From NCBI GenBank assembly GCA_964016885.1, contig OZ024743.1, forward strand, positions 185,318,001 through 185,382,000: DNA of 64,000 nucleotides, in the 5' to 3' direction. The notes beneath the pieces were generated by a model, which saw nothing but the letters and a program-made list of their open reading frames with translations, searched no databases and was not told the DNA's origin. The stretch is from Eledone cirrhosa. Taxonomy: Eukaryota. Shown here one piece after another: positions 35,537 to 47,974 of the stretch; within the stretch, counting starts at the first letter, position 1, and each line of letters opens with the position of its first letter. The position numbers were made by a program, and so were the translations under genes.

Positions 35537-35572
35537 TTGAAGGAGAGCATTAAAAGAAACCTAAAAACCTAC

Positions 35573-35683
35573 CTCTAACACATCTTCTGTTTGGTCTGTT
35601 GAAGTAATATTTACAGTTATTTTGTGGTCATTCATGAGGTATACTTCTAAGTTTACAGATTCTTCAATTTGTTGCATACTTTC
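35573..35683 (-). CDS. SNX17: SNX17 exon 5 (ESMQQIEESVNLEVYLMNDHKITVNITSTDQTEDVLE), FERM F1/RA-like
   Basis: CAACAG acceptor, GAG|GTAGGT donor, 111 nt; DQTEDVLE motif. Confidence 0.96.
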
Positions 35684-36189
35684 CTGTTGGGAAAAAGAAC
35701 ATTTAAGAATTACACTAAAACATTAACTGAAACTTCATGACAGAAACTTTCAGATCTTTTACTTTTTTTTCTTTTCTATTTTCCTCTCTTTAAAATGAAA
35801 GAGGTTTTTAACTAGTGAGAATTTGTCATCAGTAAACATATAGGAGTAAGACATGGGAGTAAATGTTCACATATATGTGTTTTTCATGTGTAAAAGCATC
35901 TGAAGATAATATCAACCAAATTGATAGCAGCAATTACCCCAATGTAGGCTGGATTCTAAAGAACCTGATTGTTATTTGGCAGAATTCCAGAATGATCATC
36001 AATGTACATGGACAATCCCTACACTGGCAATAAATGACTTGGAAAACAGACCACTAGCTCATCAATGGTGCTTAGTTTAGAAATAAAGGTTCCTAGTTCA
36101 ATTGTAGAATTTTACATATTGTGCTGACTACTCCTATGTGTGTTGGTAGATGTCAGATATCAGCAATGTATACCATTGCTACCCCAGTG

Positions 36190-36590
36190 ATACATGCTTG
36201 GACAATGTGGGAGAATACACCCTGACATGCAGAATCCCAGGCATAAGCTGCTTCGTGGTCCCAGCAGACAGACTGGAGAAAGTGTTATTCTGGGAGATAA
36301 TAAGGGAAATGCATTGCAATAGCCATTCCAACTCACTGGGCTCACTCCTGCAGGTGGCCAACTTTGTCCTTGTAGCAACGAGTAGGAAGGTGGTACAGGG
36401 ACTAGAGACCAAGAACATAAAATGTCTCCACTGCTATAGGTTCAACAACAAATCTATCATAAAACAGCCAATACTTCAACAGCTTGTGATCTTCAGCTTG
36501 TCAAGCACCAAATCCTAGGTCTGTCATTGGATGCATCAGGTTGCATATATTATGTACATATCCAAGAATAAGATGCTTGACGCCAGAGAT
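36190..36590 (-). mobile_element. Remnant of a restriction-like-endonuclease non-LTR retrotransposon (CRE-like) C-terminus
   Basis: Minus-strand translation DRFVVEPIAVETFYVLG followed by EPSELEWLLQCISLIISQNN, resembling the F.PIAVET.G.WG...EPRE..WL.QRISIAI.RGNA ending of CRE-type ORFs. Confidence 0.55.
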
Positions 36591-37005
36591 CAAACTGATT
36601 AAAATGTATACATAAATGTTAAAAAATAATGTTTCATTTCTGATGATCTTGGTCAATATTCTGAAAATCAGTCAATGAATCAAGTTCTGTAACTGATGCA
36701 GCCAGTCTTTGGAGTGCCACTCAAGACATTTGATTGTGTGTCCATTGTGGAATTTCAGAGAGTTTTAGAAATGTTTGGGGTGCCCATCTTCCTGTAACTT
36801 GTGCAGCCAGTCTTTGGGGAGCCAGTCTAGACATTTGATTATGTGTCCATTTCTTTTTCCAGTACATTTTGAAATTGCTGTTATCATATTTACAAAATTA
36901 TAGTTATCAAACAAAGACTACACAAAAGTTAGGCTTTATTATGAAACATTATCAAGAACAAATAAAGTCTTTTTCTTTAATAATATATTGTTTAAGAATA
37001 CTAAC

Positions 37006-37070
37006 CTGTTGAGCATTTAACAAAAAGCTATTGAATATACTGCAGGATGCTATATCAGGGACTTGGCTCA
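37006..37070 (-). CDS. SNX17: SNX17 exon 4 (VSQVPDIASCSIFNSFLLNAQQ)
   Basis: TCTAG acceptor, CAG|GTTAGT donor, 65 nt restores phase 0; FNSFL..AQQ conserved. Confidence 0.95.
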
Positions 37071-39377
37071 CTAGATAGGTAATAAAATGGTACATTTAAT
37101 CTAACTCATGAAAATTGAAATTGAAAACTAAACATAACACTTTTGTGTCACAGCTTTAGTTCATCATTATGTAAACACAGCCTTGTATGGCATTCTGCCT
37201 TTCAACAGAAAATAAAATATTTGCTATTTGACAGTAAAGGAATTGGGTTCTACATTCAATATTTGTAGTAGATTATCATCATCATCATTGTTTAATGTCT
37301 GTCTTCCCTGATAACAAGGGTTGGATGTAGTGTTTATTTTTACACAACTATCTGGGATCCAAGCTCAGAGTTACAGAGGCATTCAGCTTGATAAGATAAA
37401 TCCTTGAGTAAATATTTCCTTTTTAATGTGTTTGTGTATTTTTTAAAGTTCCACTCAGCAGGTTATTATAAGTCTGTCATAGAAGAGACTACATTTATGG
37501 AGATGTTAGTAGAAGCAATGAATATAAATAGTTACAATTTTTTTTCACAAACAGTTTACTTAAAAACCATTGCTAGCAGGGAAAGCAGTCATTAAACAAT
37601 GATGATGGTGATGATGACATCATACTTGTGTTTAAAGTTTCACAATTGGCACACTGCTGCTAATTCTGTCTGCAGTAAAACTGTCCACATCAAACTTAAC
37701 TCGGTGACAAGTAGCTAGATAGCTCATAGTTTTGAGCTCAAATCACAACAGTATCAACTTAGTTTTAACTTCTTCAGGGTTGCTAAAATAAGAACCAACA
37801 AAGGAACTTCTACATGGTTGATTGATTTGCTAGAAGCAGCAGTCAAATCTCCTTCAAATCAAAGAGTACACATTCAAGTACACACAGGTTTGATAATTCA
37901 ATATTGACTTTATGATAGCTCTGATCAATCAAGATTGATCTTATGCTAAACATGAAGGTGCATAGCTTAGTGGTTAGAGCATTGGGCTTGCAATCGAAAG
38001 GTTTTGAATTCAATTCTCGGACTGGGAGATGTGTTGTTTCCTTGAGCAAGACACTTTATTTCACGTTGCTCCAGTTTACTCAGCTGTAGAAATGAGATGA
38101 TAGGACTGGGGTCCCTATCATTAAATTACCCAAGACACCGCCAACGAGATATACCTTGGAGGAGGCCAGCTAAACCTGTATAGGTGTGAGCTGTCACATG
38201 TTCTTCAATTAATTCTGAACAATTTTTTATGATTTACCAGAAAATATCTAAAAATGAATTTGTTAATTCAAATGTTTATAATATCTTTACTACTGGACAG
38301 TTCTTTGTGAAAATTTGCAGTATATTAAAGTAAAAATGTAAATTTTTAATGTGATATGGTCACGGTGCTGTTTTGTACTTTTCAAATATATCTTGCTAAT
38401 GTGGTTTCATGTGGTACAGGATGTTAAATGTTAAGAAATAAATGACTGTATATAATGCTATTTTATATGATAAATATTAAAAGAATTTTAACTATAATTT
38501 TGATTCAGATGATATCTATTTATTTGTCTAATCAATTTAAATGTCTGTATACAGCTAGTAAGCCATGACAAACTAGGTGCAGTATCGAGTACTCCTTATA
38601 GTTGGTAATCAAAAGGGGGTGGGGCTGGGGGGCAGAAAAAATAATAATAAACATTTCAAATATTGAAGGCCAACTGGGAAGCAGATTATGCATAAGAAAA
38701 CAAACAAAAAAAGAAGGAAAACAGGAAACAAGAGAAGCTGTAAAATAGCTAGAAGTTTCCGTTGATAATTTTCCTAAATATTAAGTTCATCTTTTGAGTG
38801 TTTATTTATATTTACAGTAATATTTGATAAACTTCAAGTATTTTATTTCAGAATTTGTCTTAGATGGAATACATTCTTTGTACCATGTTTATCCTGCTTT
38901 CTAGAATAGATACACCATATTCTTAAGTGTGTCATGAGATCACCATATGACTAATAAAAGTGTCATAAGGCTGTCATTTTTTACTTGTGTTTGAAATTTC
39001 ATAATTGGCACATTGCTGTTTGCAGTATAAAAACATGTCTACAGTGTGGTAATAAGATTCTGACAATGTCAGTCAGAAAACATCAAACTGATGTGTTAGC
39101 TCATAGATAACCCTTAAAAGGGTTGGCATCAAGAAGGGCTTTAACTGAATTATCAGATAAAATTAAAATGTTAGTGAGAAGCAGTTAGATACCTCATAGA
39201 TAGCCCTTAAAAGGGTTGGCATCAGGAAGGGATTTAACCATGTTGTCAGATCAAATTAAAGTGCAACAACTTTCTAATATGTAGAACTACATGTTAATTA
39301 TGCAGAAAAATATGTATTTATACAAAGTTTCTAGTAAGATCTGTATTCCTTACATATAGATTACAAGTCCAGCACCA

Positions 39378-39592
39378 TAAACCTTTAGCATTTAAACCAG
39401 CTGTATCTGGCCAGAATTCTCTCACCTCTTTCTATTCAAACCAGTTGTAACTAGCCACTAATACAAATGATTAGGTATTGTTCTCAAAATAAATAACATC
39501 AAAATCTCATAGCGTCAATATTATGTGAGATAAAGCCTTTACTGTGAAAATATAATAGTAAATATAGAGTAATGTAAATGCTAAAGGGTTAA
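39378..39592. mobile_element. piggyBac-like MITE (TTAA-type ends)
   Basis: taaacctttagcattta...taaatgctaaagggttaa; a similar end ttaaccctttagc occurs at 19066. Confidence 0.6.
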
Positions 39593-40136
39593 TCAGTACT
39601 ACCATATCTTCACTGCCAAATTACAATCCCATTTTATATTGTAGAACATTTTGTCGACCAAGAAATAGTTCTGTCTAAACCTTTGCTAACCTCTATATTG
39701 AAAGTTAGTAGCATTTGATCTTATTTAAAAAACCCAAAAAACTATAGCATTTTCTTTGAATCATTTAAAACATGCATATTATTAAATCCATTCCTTTATT
39801 CGTTTTACACTTGACAATAAAACTCTCCTTCAATGCATAGCAATAAGGTTTCAAAATCAACATAAATTTCTATTTATTAGAAATAAAGCTTATTTTCAAT
39901 TGAATCAAAATCAGTTTATTAAATTTTAATTCTATACAGAGAAGCACGTGACTAAACCTTGCAGTATATTTTGTGGGATGAGTTCAAGTAACAGCTTTCT
40001 TCACAAACACAAAATACAGTGAAATTAGCATGAACAATAACTTTAAAATATGACAAAAACAAATACAAAAATTACCATATGTGTAAATACTAAAACTAAA
40101 CCAACAAAAGTTTAATAAATAAAAAAACCAACCAAC

Positions 40137-40254
40137 CCATCTGAATATAACGTTCCAGACTGATTCGCCGTTCATCCAATTGTGCTTGTGACAGCGACAA
40201 TAGTCGTTTTGGTGGGAATGGAGGTAAGCTGCTGGCTCCAAACTGTTTTTTTAA
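40137..40254 (-). CDS. SNX17: SNX17 exon 3 (LKKQFGASSLPPFPPKRLLSLSQAQLDERRISLERYIQM), PX domain
   Basis: TTGCAG acceptor, G|GTTGGT donor, 118 nt ending phase 1; LPxFPPK and ERRxxLE PX motifs. Confidence 0.95.
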
Positions 40255-41411
40255 CTGCAAATAAACAATAGCTAATTGTTTGCTATTTAAACATTCAATA
40301 GAGTATACAGAATTTATATTGAGAAAGCTATAATGAAAATAGTATTTAGAATCTAATTAAACAGCTCAAGTGTATTTCATTCAACACAACAGATAAAATC
40401 ATTACACATGGCAAAATTATTATTTCAATAGATTCTTTGTGTAAAAATTGAATATCATATCATGTCATTTCCTTTTACGTATCCATGTGGAAGTTTAACA
40501 AGCTAGTGGGAAAATTTGGTCAATAAACTATTTTGGAAAGAACTAGTTCCACAAGGTCATTGCTATTACTAGACAGCGGTTATAAAAAAATAAATAATAA
40601 TAATAAAGAAACTGGTTCATATACTTTCAGTGAGACAGACTAAAATTACACTGCACAATGCATTGGCTGTAACAAAATCAGAACTTACGTATCACAGTAC
40701 TTTAACCACAAAGGCTGCTATACATTGAATTCTAAGTTGTTTCATATATCATAATTCTTAGAACATTCTATCATCATCATCATCAAGGGTTGGACAGGTC
40801 TTTACAGATGGAATCAGTACTCAAGTAAAGTTACTGACCTCTTGGAAGGCTGAGGGCCTACATTACACTTACATAGGTTCCTGCACTCTACTGAGTGCAT
40901 TTTATTGAGGTGCTAGCATTAGGGAAGTTGCCATGCCCTTCCTATTACCAACCACTTTACAGAGTGTACTGGGTGGTCATTTATCTTGTAGATTACTAAC
41001 ATTAGGGAGGTTGTCATGTCTTTGATACAACTAAAGAGTTATTCTGACACTTTGTTTGGCACGCTTTCTACAGCTGAATGCCCTTCCTATTAGAAACCAC
41101 TTTATAGAATATACAAGAGATGTTGTCATATATATTTCATCAACGATTACCTCCTTTGCTAAAAATTGCAAATTTAATCTGTAAAAAATTAAAATTTCTA
41201 TTATTCCTTTGTTCCCAAATTTTGGGGTTTTCGATTGTTCACCCCATCAGCAACATCAAATGTTGACCCGATAAAGTAATTGAGCAATTACTATTGAATA
41301 TTATGTGGTTGAAGATCAATATCTTGCTGTCTGCTTCTATGATGGAATCTCTGAAGATTTTCCATGTTCATAATGTATTTGCTTTGATGTAAAACAATTT
41401 TATTAAATTAC

Positions 41412-41603
41412 ATAATTGTTTCTACTTTAGGCACAAGGCCATCAATTACCCAGTGCATTACTGGTACTTTTTTTTATCGACCCCGTAAGGATGAAAGGCA
41501 AAGTAAACCTCGGCGGGATTTGAACTCTGACCGTAAAGGGACGTAACTATGCTGGAAAGCATGGCGTCCGACCCTCTACCGATACTGCCAATCTACTGCC
41601 CTT
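41412..41603 (-). mobile_element. SINE family B, young full-length copy
   Basis: Nearly identical to 7583-7775. Confidence 0.85.
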
Positions 41604-42016
41604 GGATTATTAAATTACATAATGACAACAGGAAATGATTCTTAACTTTGCAACAATTAAGCTATTGTTGGGTGGGACAAACAAAAATTATTATAGACTG
41701 GTTGGGTATACACACCTGGTTAAGAAGGTGCTCACTAAATTTTTTAATGTGCAGTTAATAAAAATATATTTAAAGAAATAGTATACATGGTAATATAATG
41801 TTCATTTTTCCTCTCCAATTGTGTGTGTGTATGTGTATATATATATATATACACACACACATACATACATCATCATTCATTTAACATTCTTTTCCCAAGC
41901 TTGCATAGATTAGAGAGGTTCTCATGTTCAGAGGCTTGCCCAGTCAGGTGACCAATAAAGATACGACCAATGTAATCAAGCTGTATCTACTGATAATAAA
42001 CTGGATATTACATGTA

Positions 42017-42765
42017 TCCTCATCATCACCGTTTTACGTCCGTTCTTCCATGCTAGCATGGGTTAGACGGGTTGTCCTGTTGTGGGCAGTGTCCGGTCGG
42101 CTGACCTTGTCTTGCTCATACGGGAACTGATTCTGGCTTGATTTCTACAGCTGGATGCCCTACCTAACACCAACCTCATTTACAGTGAGTGCTGGGTGCT
42201 TTTTTCTGTGGTGCCTACACGTCCACTTTACAGTGTGGGCTGGGTGCTTTTTTTGCTGTGCCACCTCCATGACCACTTTGCAGTGGGAGGGTGTGGGGGC
42301 ATATTGTCTATATGCTTCAGCTTGTACCCGTGGGTGGTCGGGTCTTCTGTATTACTGCGTGACACCAGAGGTCACGGGTGTGTGTCATCGCCTTTGAGAG
42401 GTATAATTGGGTAAGGTCGGCTTTTATCACCTCATCCCAGGTCATCTTGGGTCTCCCCACTCCGCGGTTTCCATCGACTTCTAGTGCTCTGTACCTTTTT
42501 ATGCAGTTGTCATCCTTCATACGCATCACATGTCCATACCAACACAACCACCTCTCCTGCACACAGCATTTGATTCCTCATATGCTCAGTCTCTCTCTCA
42601 ATTCATTTATGCTTTGCCGTTCGCGTATATTACTATTACACATCCATTGGAACATGCAGGCTTCGTTTCTTTCTAAACTACGCAAGTCTTCCACAGACAG
42701 CGTCCAGGTCTCACTACCATGTAACATTGCTGTTCGTATACACACATCATACGGTCTGCCTTTCA
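42017..42765 (-). mobile_element. RTE LINE 3' segment, tandem copy A
   Basis: GRPYDVCIRTAMLHGSETW...LERNEACMFQWMC...WYGHVMR...GRPK.TW + 3'UTR + (GAT)n. Confidence 0.9.
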
Positions 42766-42786
42766 TATATATATATACATACATAA

Positions 42787-43590
42787 TCATCATCATCACC
42801 GTTTTACGTCCGTTCTTCCATGCTAGCAGGGGTTAGACGTGTTGTCCTGTTGTGGGCAGTGTCCAGTCGGCTGACCTTGTCTTGCTCATACGGGAACTGA
42901 TTCTGGCTTGATTTCTACAGCTGGATGCCCTTCCTAACACCAACCTTATTTACAGTGAGTGCTGGGTGCTTTTTTTCCATGGCGCCTCCACGTCCACTTT
43001 ACAGTGTGGGCTGGGTGCTTTTTTTCCGTGGCGTCTACACGTCCACTTTACAGTGTGGGCTGGGTGCTTTTTTGCCGTGGCACCTCCACGACCACTTCGC
43101 AATAGGAGGGTGTGGGGGCATATTGTCTATATGCTTCAGCTTCGGCTTGTACCCGTGGGTGGTCGGGTCTTCTGTATTACTGCGTGACACCAGAGGTCAC
43201 GGGTGTGTGTCATCGCCTTTGAGAGGTGTAATTGGGTAAGGTCGGCTTTTATCACCTCATCCCAGGTCTTCTTGGGTCTCCCCACTCCGCGGTTTCCATC
43301 GACTTCTGGTGCTCTGCACCTTTTTATACAGTTGTCATCCTTCATACGCATCACATGTCCATACCAACGCAACCGCCTCTCCTGCACACAGCATTTGATT
43401 CCTCTTATGCTCAGTCTCTCTCTCAATTCATTTATGCTTTGCCGTTCGCGTATATTACTATTACACATCCATTGGAACATGCAGACTTCGTTTCTTTCTA
43501 ATCTATACAAGTCTTCCACAGACACCGCCCAGGTCTCACTACTATGTAACATTGCTGTTCATATACACACATCATACAGTCTGCCTTTTA
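42787..43590 (-). mobile_element. RTE LINE 3' segment, tandem copy B
   Basis: Same segment and same 5' breakpoint as copy A; ORF 43136..43552. Confidence 0.9.
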
Positions 43591-44859
43591 TTTTATATAT
43601 ATATATAAAGGTTTGCTTTCGTCTTCCCAAGCTGTCTGTTTCTCCTCTCTCCTACTCGCATTCTTTCCACATATCATTTTACAAAGAAAAATCCCGGTTT
43701 CCCAATCAATTAGCATATTGAATTTGATAAAAAGTTTCTTCCTGGAATATTCTAGGATAAATCTCAATCTCTGTGCCAAATTCTTATATAGATTCTGAGA
43801 TGTAACTGGATCTCTGTACTAAATTTTGTGATGATTCATTGAGAAATTGCAATGTTGTTTCAAGAAAATCAGACAACCCTTTGCACTTATTACATAAATT
43901 TAGGAGGGATATGTGTAGAAGATTTGTCATTACTGCAATGAGGAAAGCCTTGTGAAAAACAACATTTGATGTAATCTACTATATTAAACCAGTGTTATAT
44001 TTTGAGAAAACTGTTGGTCATGCTGGAAAGAGGGTGGTAAAAGTGTGTGTGAGAGCGAGAGAGGAGAATTTTCTTGAGAGTGGAAATAGTAACAGTGTGA
44101 AGTAAAAGAAAGAGGTCATTTATTTGAGTTTTGATGGGAGGATGAGGTAGTAACGTACAAGCAGTAGTAAAGCTATGTTATGTGGTTGTAGAAAGAGGTG
44201 AAAAGACTGAGAAAATGAGAAGGAAAGCTATATCAACATTCAAGTAAATAATCTTTCATGAGTTGTACTTTGCAACTAGAGGGGAATAAAACTAATGGAT
44301 CAAGTTATGAAAGCGACGGAAAGAATTCTAGCACAGCTAATTAGGGAATCAAATTAGATGAGATGCAATTCAGTTTCATACTAGGGAGATTCAAATGATG
44401 AAATAACTGTTTCTACTTTAGGCACAAGGCCAGCAATTACCCAGTGCATTACTGGTACTATTCAAATGATGAAATAACAAATATATGTCGGGTAATTATT
44501 GTGCCTTAATTACCTGCTCTTAGAAATGCAGCTACATGCTCCCTTGTTTTTCTCTTAATCAAATATTTTCACTTAATCTATGTTGTGCATTGCTTATAGC
44601 AATTACTTTTGGTTTATTTTATGATAAGGAATTTAGTATTTTAAGATTTTCTAGAGAGAGACAGTTGTACCAAAAACATTAAATGAAGTAAATATCATCA
44701 TCTTTACGTCCACTTTTCCATGCTGAGACAATGTTTTAGAGCTAGATGCCTTTCCTGATACCAACCTATTTAGTTACCTCTTACAATATGCAGGGATACA
44801 GAGTATCTATTCTAAAAACCAGGATACATTAAAGACATTAAATGAAGAAAGTGAATATA

Positions 44860-45425
44860 AAAAATATAAATATAGACAAGCACAGTGTTTATTGTGGGTA
44901 GACTCAAATATAAATATAGACCAGAGTAGGGTGACACAGATGTAAATATAGACAACATAGTGTCTATTGTTGGTGGATTTACTGTATATACTCAAATACA
45001 AGGCGAGGAATATATGACAAAAAAAATCAATGGAGAAAAATCAAATCAGCTTATATTTAGGGTCAATATTTTTACAATTTTCACTAACTTCAAATTCTAT
45101 GTAAATAAGGTTTGGATTTTTGCCCATTTCTCAGACAATAAATAGTGGGGCGAGCTTAAATTTGTATTGGCTTATATTCGAGTATATACAATAGATTTAA
45201 ATGTAGACAAACATAGTGTCTATTATTGGTGGACTCAGCTGTAAATGTAGACAAGTATAGTGCCTATTTTCAGTGAACTTAGATCTAAATGTAGACAAAC
45301 GTAGTCTGCAATGTTGATTGACTTAGATATAAATGTAGCATTGTGTCCATTGTTGGTGGACTTAGATGTAAATGTAGATAAATGTAGTGTCCATTATTGG
45401 TGGACTCAGATGTAAATGTAGACAG
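44860..45425. repeat. ~42-44 bp minisatellite interrupted by a pogo/Tc2-like MITE at ~44980-45192
   Basis: Units atgtagacaaacatagtgtctattattggtggactcagatgtaa on both sides; MITE TIRs tactgtatatactcaaatacaaggc / ggcttatattcgagtatataca. Confidence 0.8.
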
Positions 45426-45885
45426 TACTCTCTAAACAGCTTGACAGTAGAATGAATAATTTTCTCAACTAGAAAAGCAAAATCACTGAAAGTTATTGAG
45501 AGAATATGGAAGTTCCTTACAAATTTGGTTATGTTTAGTGTCCCCCACTCCATAATCTGGTGGGCTCTTGAAAGACTAAGGGGAGATGAGTGGCTTGTGA
45601 GGGTAGTTCAAGCTATGTACAAAGGAACAGTTATTAAAAAGTTTATTAAAATTAGTCACAGTAAAGCATGCATTGAAATAAATTGTGAAAAATAAACCAG
45701 ATTCTGTGAAGTTTTCTAATACTACAAAGATCCTTGGCAAATATCTGATATAAAAGTATTATTCAAATATTTTAGATATAACAATCTACTGCACTATTAA
45801 TTATTATATATTTTCTTTCTGAAATTGATTTCTTAATAAATGCTGCTTATATTAAACAATAAAGAAAAACATTTGAAGAACTTAC

Positions 45886-45960
45886 CTGTTCATGTAAATG
45901 ATGTAACTGCCGGTATCGGACTGTACAGTGGAAAGCTCCATTAATGTGTATGTTAAATGC
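45886..45960 (-). CDS. SNX17: SNX17 exon 2 (AFNIHINGAFHCTVRYRQLHHLHEQ), PX domain
   Basis: TTTCAG acceptor, CAG|GTAAGT donor, 75 nt, contains the PX RY motif. Confidence 0.96.
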
Positions 45961-46114
45961 CTGAAATAGGTAATAAGTTGTATATTATTACTCAAACTAG
46001 CACATAACTTGTTTATGAATGGAACAAAGAATATTTTCATCAAATTTTTCTTCAGAAATATATAAAAGAATAATATTTCAGGATTATATACACACATATC
46101 ATCATCATCATCAT

Positions 46115-47082
46115 CACCAGGTGGTGTGTTCTTGATCAGGAAAGCTTGGATTATGTGGGTGAAGTTGCCAATTCTTCGTTGCCTACATGTCCAGCTGCTT
46201 TCAATACACAGCATCATGAAGGCGATGTATAACCTCCAGGTAGTATTCCTTATTGATTGTTTGGCCTTGTGTCGCATATTCATGATGCACAATACCATGG
46301 GTGTCAAAGAAATAGGTCAACATCACCCTAACTTTGTTGCGAACTTGTCATGCTTTTTGGGGCGTTGGTGATGAAGGATGCTTTCATTGGGAGAACTGGA
46401 ATTGGTTTCCAGGTCGTAACCATAAACCCATGTTTCATCATCGGTGATGATGGTCTTCATGGTCTGGGTCGTGGTTTGCACAGTCCATCATGTCATGAGC
46501 GATTTCCATGTAGAGTTGCTTCTGTTGCTCCGCCAGCACCTTGGGGACGAATTTCACCAACACTCTCCACATGCACAAATCCTCCATTAAAATTGAATAC
46601 ACTGATCCTGTGCTTATTCCCACTTCATGAGCAATTTCCTGGATTGTTACACTGGTCTTCCATGGCTATTTGCCAAACCTTCTTAATTGGCTCCTCGTTT
46701 CTGCTTGTGGATGGCCTGCCTGAATGTGCCTTGCTCTCCACCGAGGAGCGGCCATGTTTGAAGTGGTTGTACCACTCCTTGATCTGAGTTTTACCCATGG
46801 CAACATCGATAAAGGCCAGTTGAATTTTCTGGATGGTTTGAGCTTGAGTATCACCAAGCTTTTGGCATCTTGATGCGCTCGGTCATCTTGCGTGAAAATG
46901 AAAATCTGACAAGCACATACTACACGTCTGTACTCTAGGTTTAACAGCTGGAAACTGACGCAGCCTACTAGCGTGAAAATGTTCACGCATGCACAGGAAT
47001 GGTGGCATCATATCTCACCCAAAGGATTTTTCTCATTAGTTTTGGCGGGAACAAATAATGTTGGATACTTTTTGAATACACC
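46115..47082 (-). mobile_element. Degenerate mariner transposon (3'-truncated)
   Basis: KTQIKEWYNHFKHGR.SVES..HSGRPSTS, KFVPKVL (WVPH-like), ITDDETWVYGYD, TINKEYYLEV; terminal ggtgtattcaaaaagtatcc next to TA. Confidence 0.85.
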
Positions 47083-47100
47083 TACACACACACATATATA

Positions 47101-47169
47101 TTGGGTTGTCAAATATGAAATTTGTAGAAATTTGTTTTTTTCCTACAAATTTCATACTTGACGACCCAA
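47101..47169. mobile_element. 69-bp MADE1-like mariner MITE (near-perfect palindrome), TA flanks
   Basis: ttgggttgtcaaatatgaaatttgtagaaa...tttcctacaaatttcatacttgacgacccaa. Confidence 0.85.
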
Positions 47170-47429
47170 TATATCTTGTACACTGATTACTGCATTCTAG
47201 TCTCCATTTTAGAGTCAGTGCTATCTTTACAGTTGATGATGTAGAATATTGCCAATGTTTATTACAGGCACTTGTATAACACTTGGTTGTATAGTGAGAA
47301 AATTGAATAATAAGCTCTTAGGATACAAAGTTATCATTCAATTTTCTAATGTTTTTTTTTATTTGGTTTTATGAACTTCATTCATAAATTTTAAGTTGTT
47401 TTACTTTGGAATTAGAGAGACAATGATTA

Positions 47430-47885
47430 GTGGTTAGCAGTCACTGGTTAGTGGGGGCCTGACTGACCTCTTCCTCTTTGCATCGGTTTCCACTGAGACT
47501 TCTGGCACCTTCAGTCCCCGCACTGCTAATTTCTCACATAAAGTCGAAAAGATGGTGGCCTGCCAGCTTGAGGAGGGAGCCCTGTGAAGTGGGGTGGCTG
47601 TTGCAACATGTGTCTCCGGCCATTCCCCACAGTAATGCTTTTGGCGTTTTGTCCACAGGGCACAGCTGAGGCACCACTCAGACTGGTATGTAGTGACTGT
47701 TCCTCCCCCTTCTCCTTTTTTTTTCATTGCTTGATCCTTCTTTCTTTTTCTTCTTTTCATTTTCTTTTCTCTTCTTCCTTTTCTGTTCCCTTTAGTAGTG
47801 TGTTTTGGTGTTTTAGGTACTGCTCAATTATTTTTATATAATGTCAATGGTCTCTCATAACATTGTGATATTTGTTATATTGAAT
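47430..47885 (-). repeat. Unclassified interspersed repeat (copies at ~34670-34950 and ~14780-15010)
   Basis: Shared cacagtaatgcttttg.cgttttgtc..cagggcacagctgaggcac and pyrimidine-rich tract. Confidence 0.7.
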
Positions 47886-47974
47886 AAATTGTATACAGTG
47901 GTTAGAAGTCAGTGGTTCAGTTACTCCTCCCTTTACTCACACACACTTTTTAAAACAACCTATCCCAAACATAT

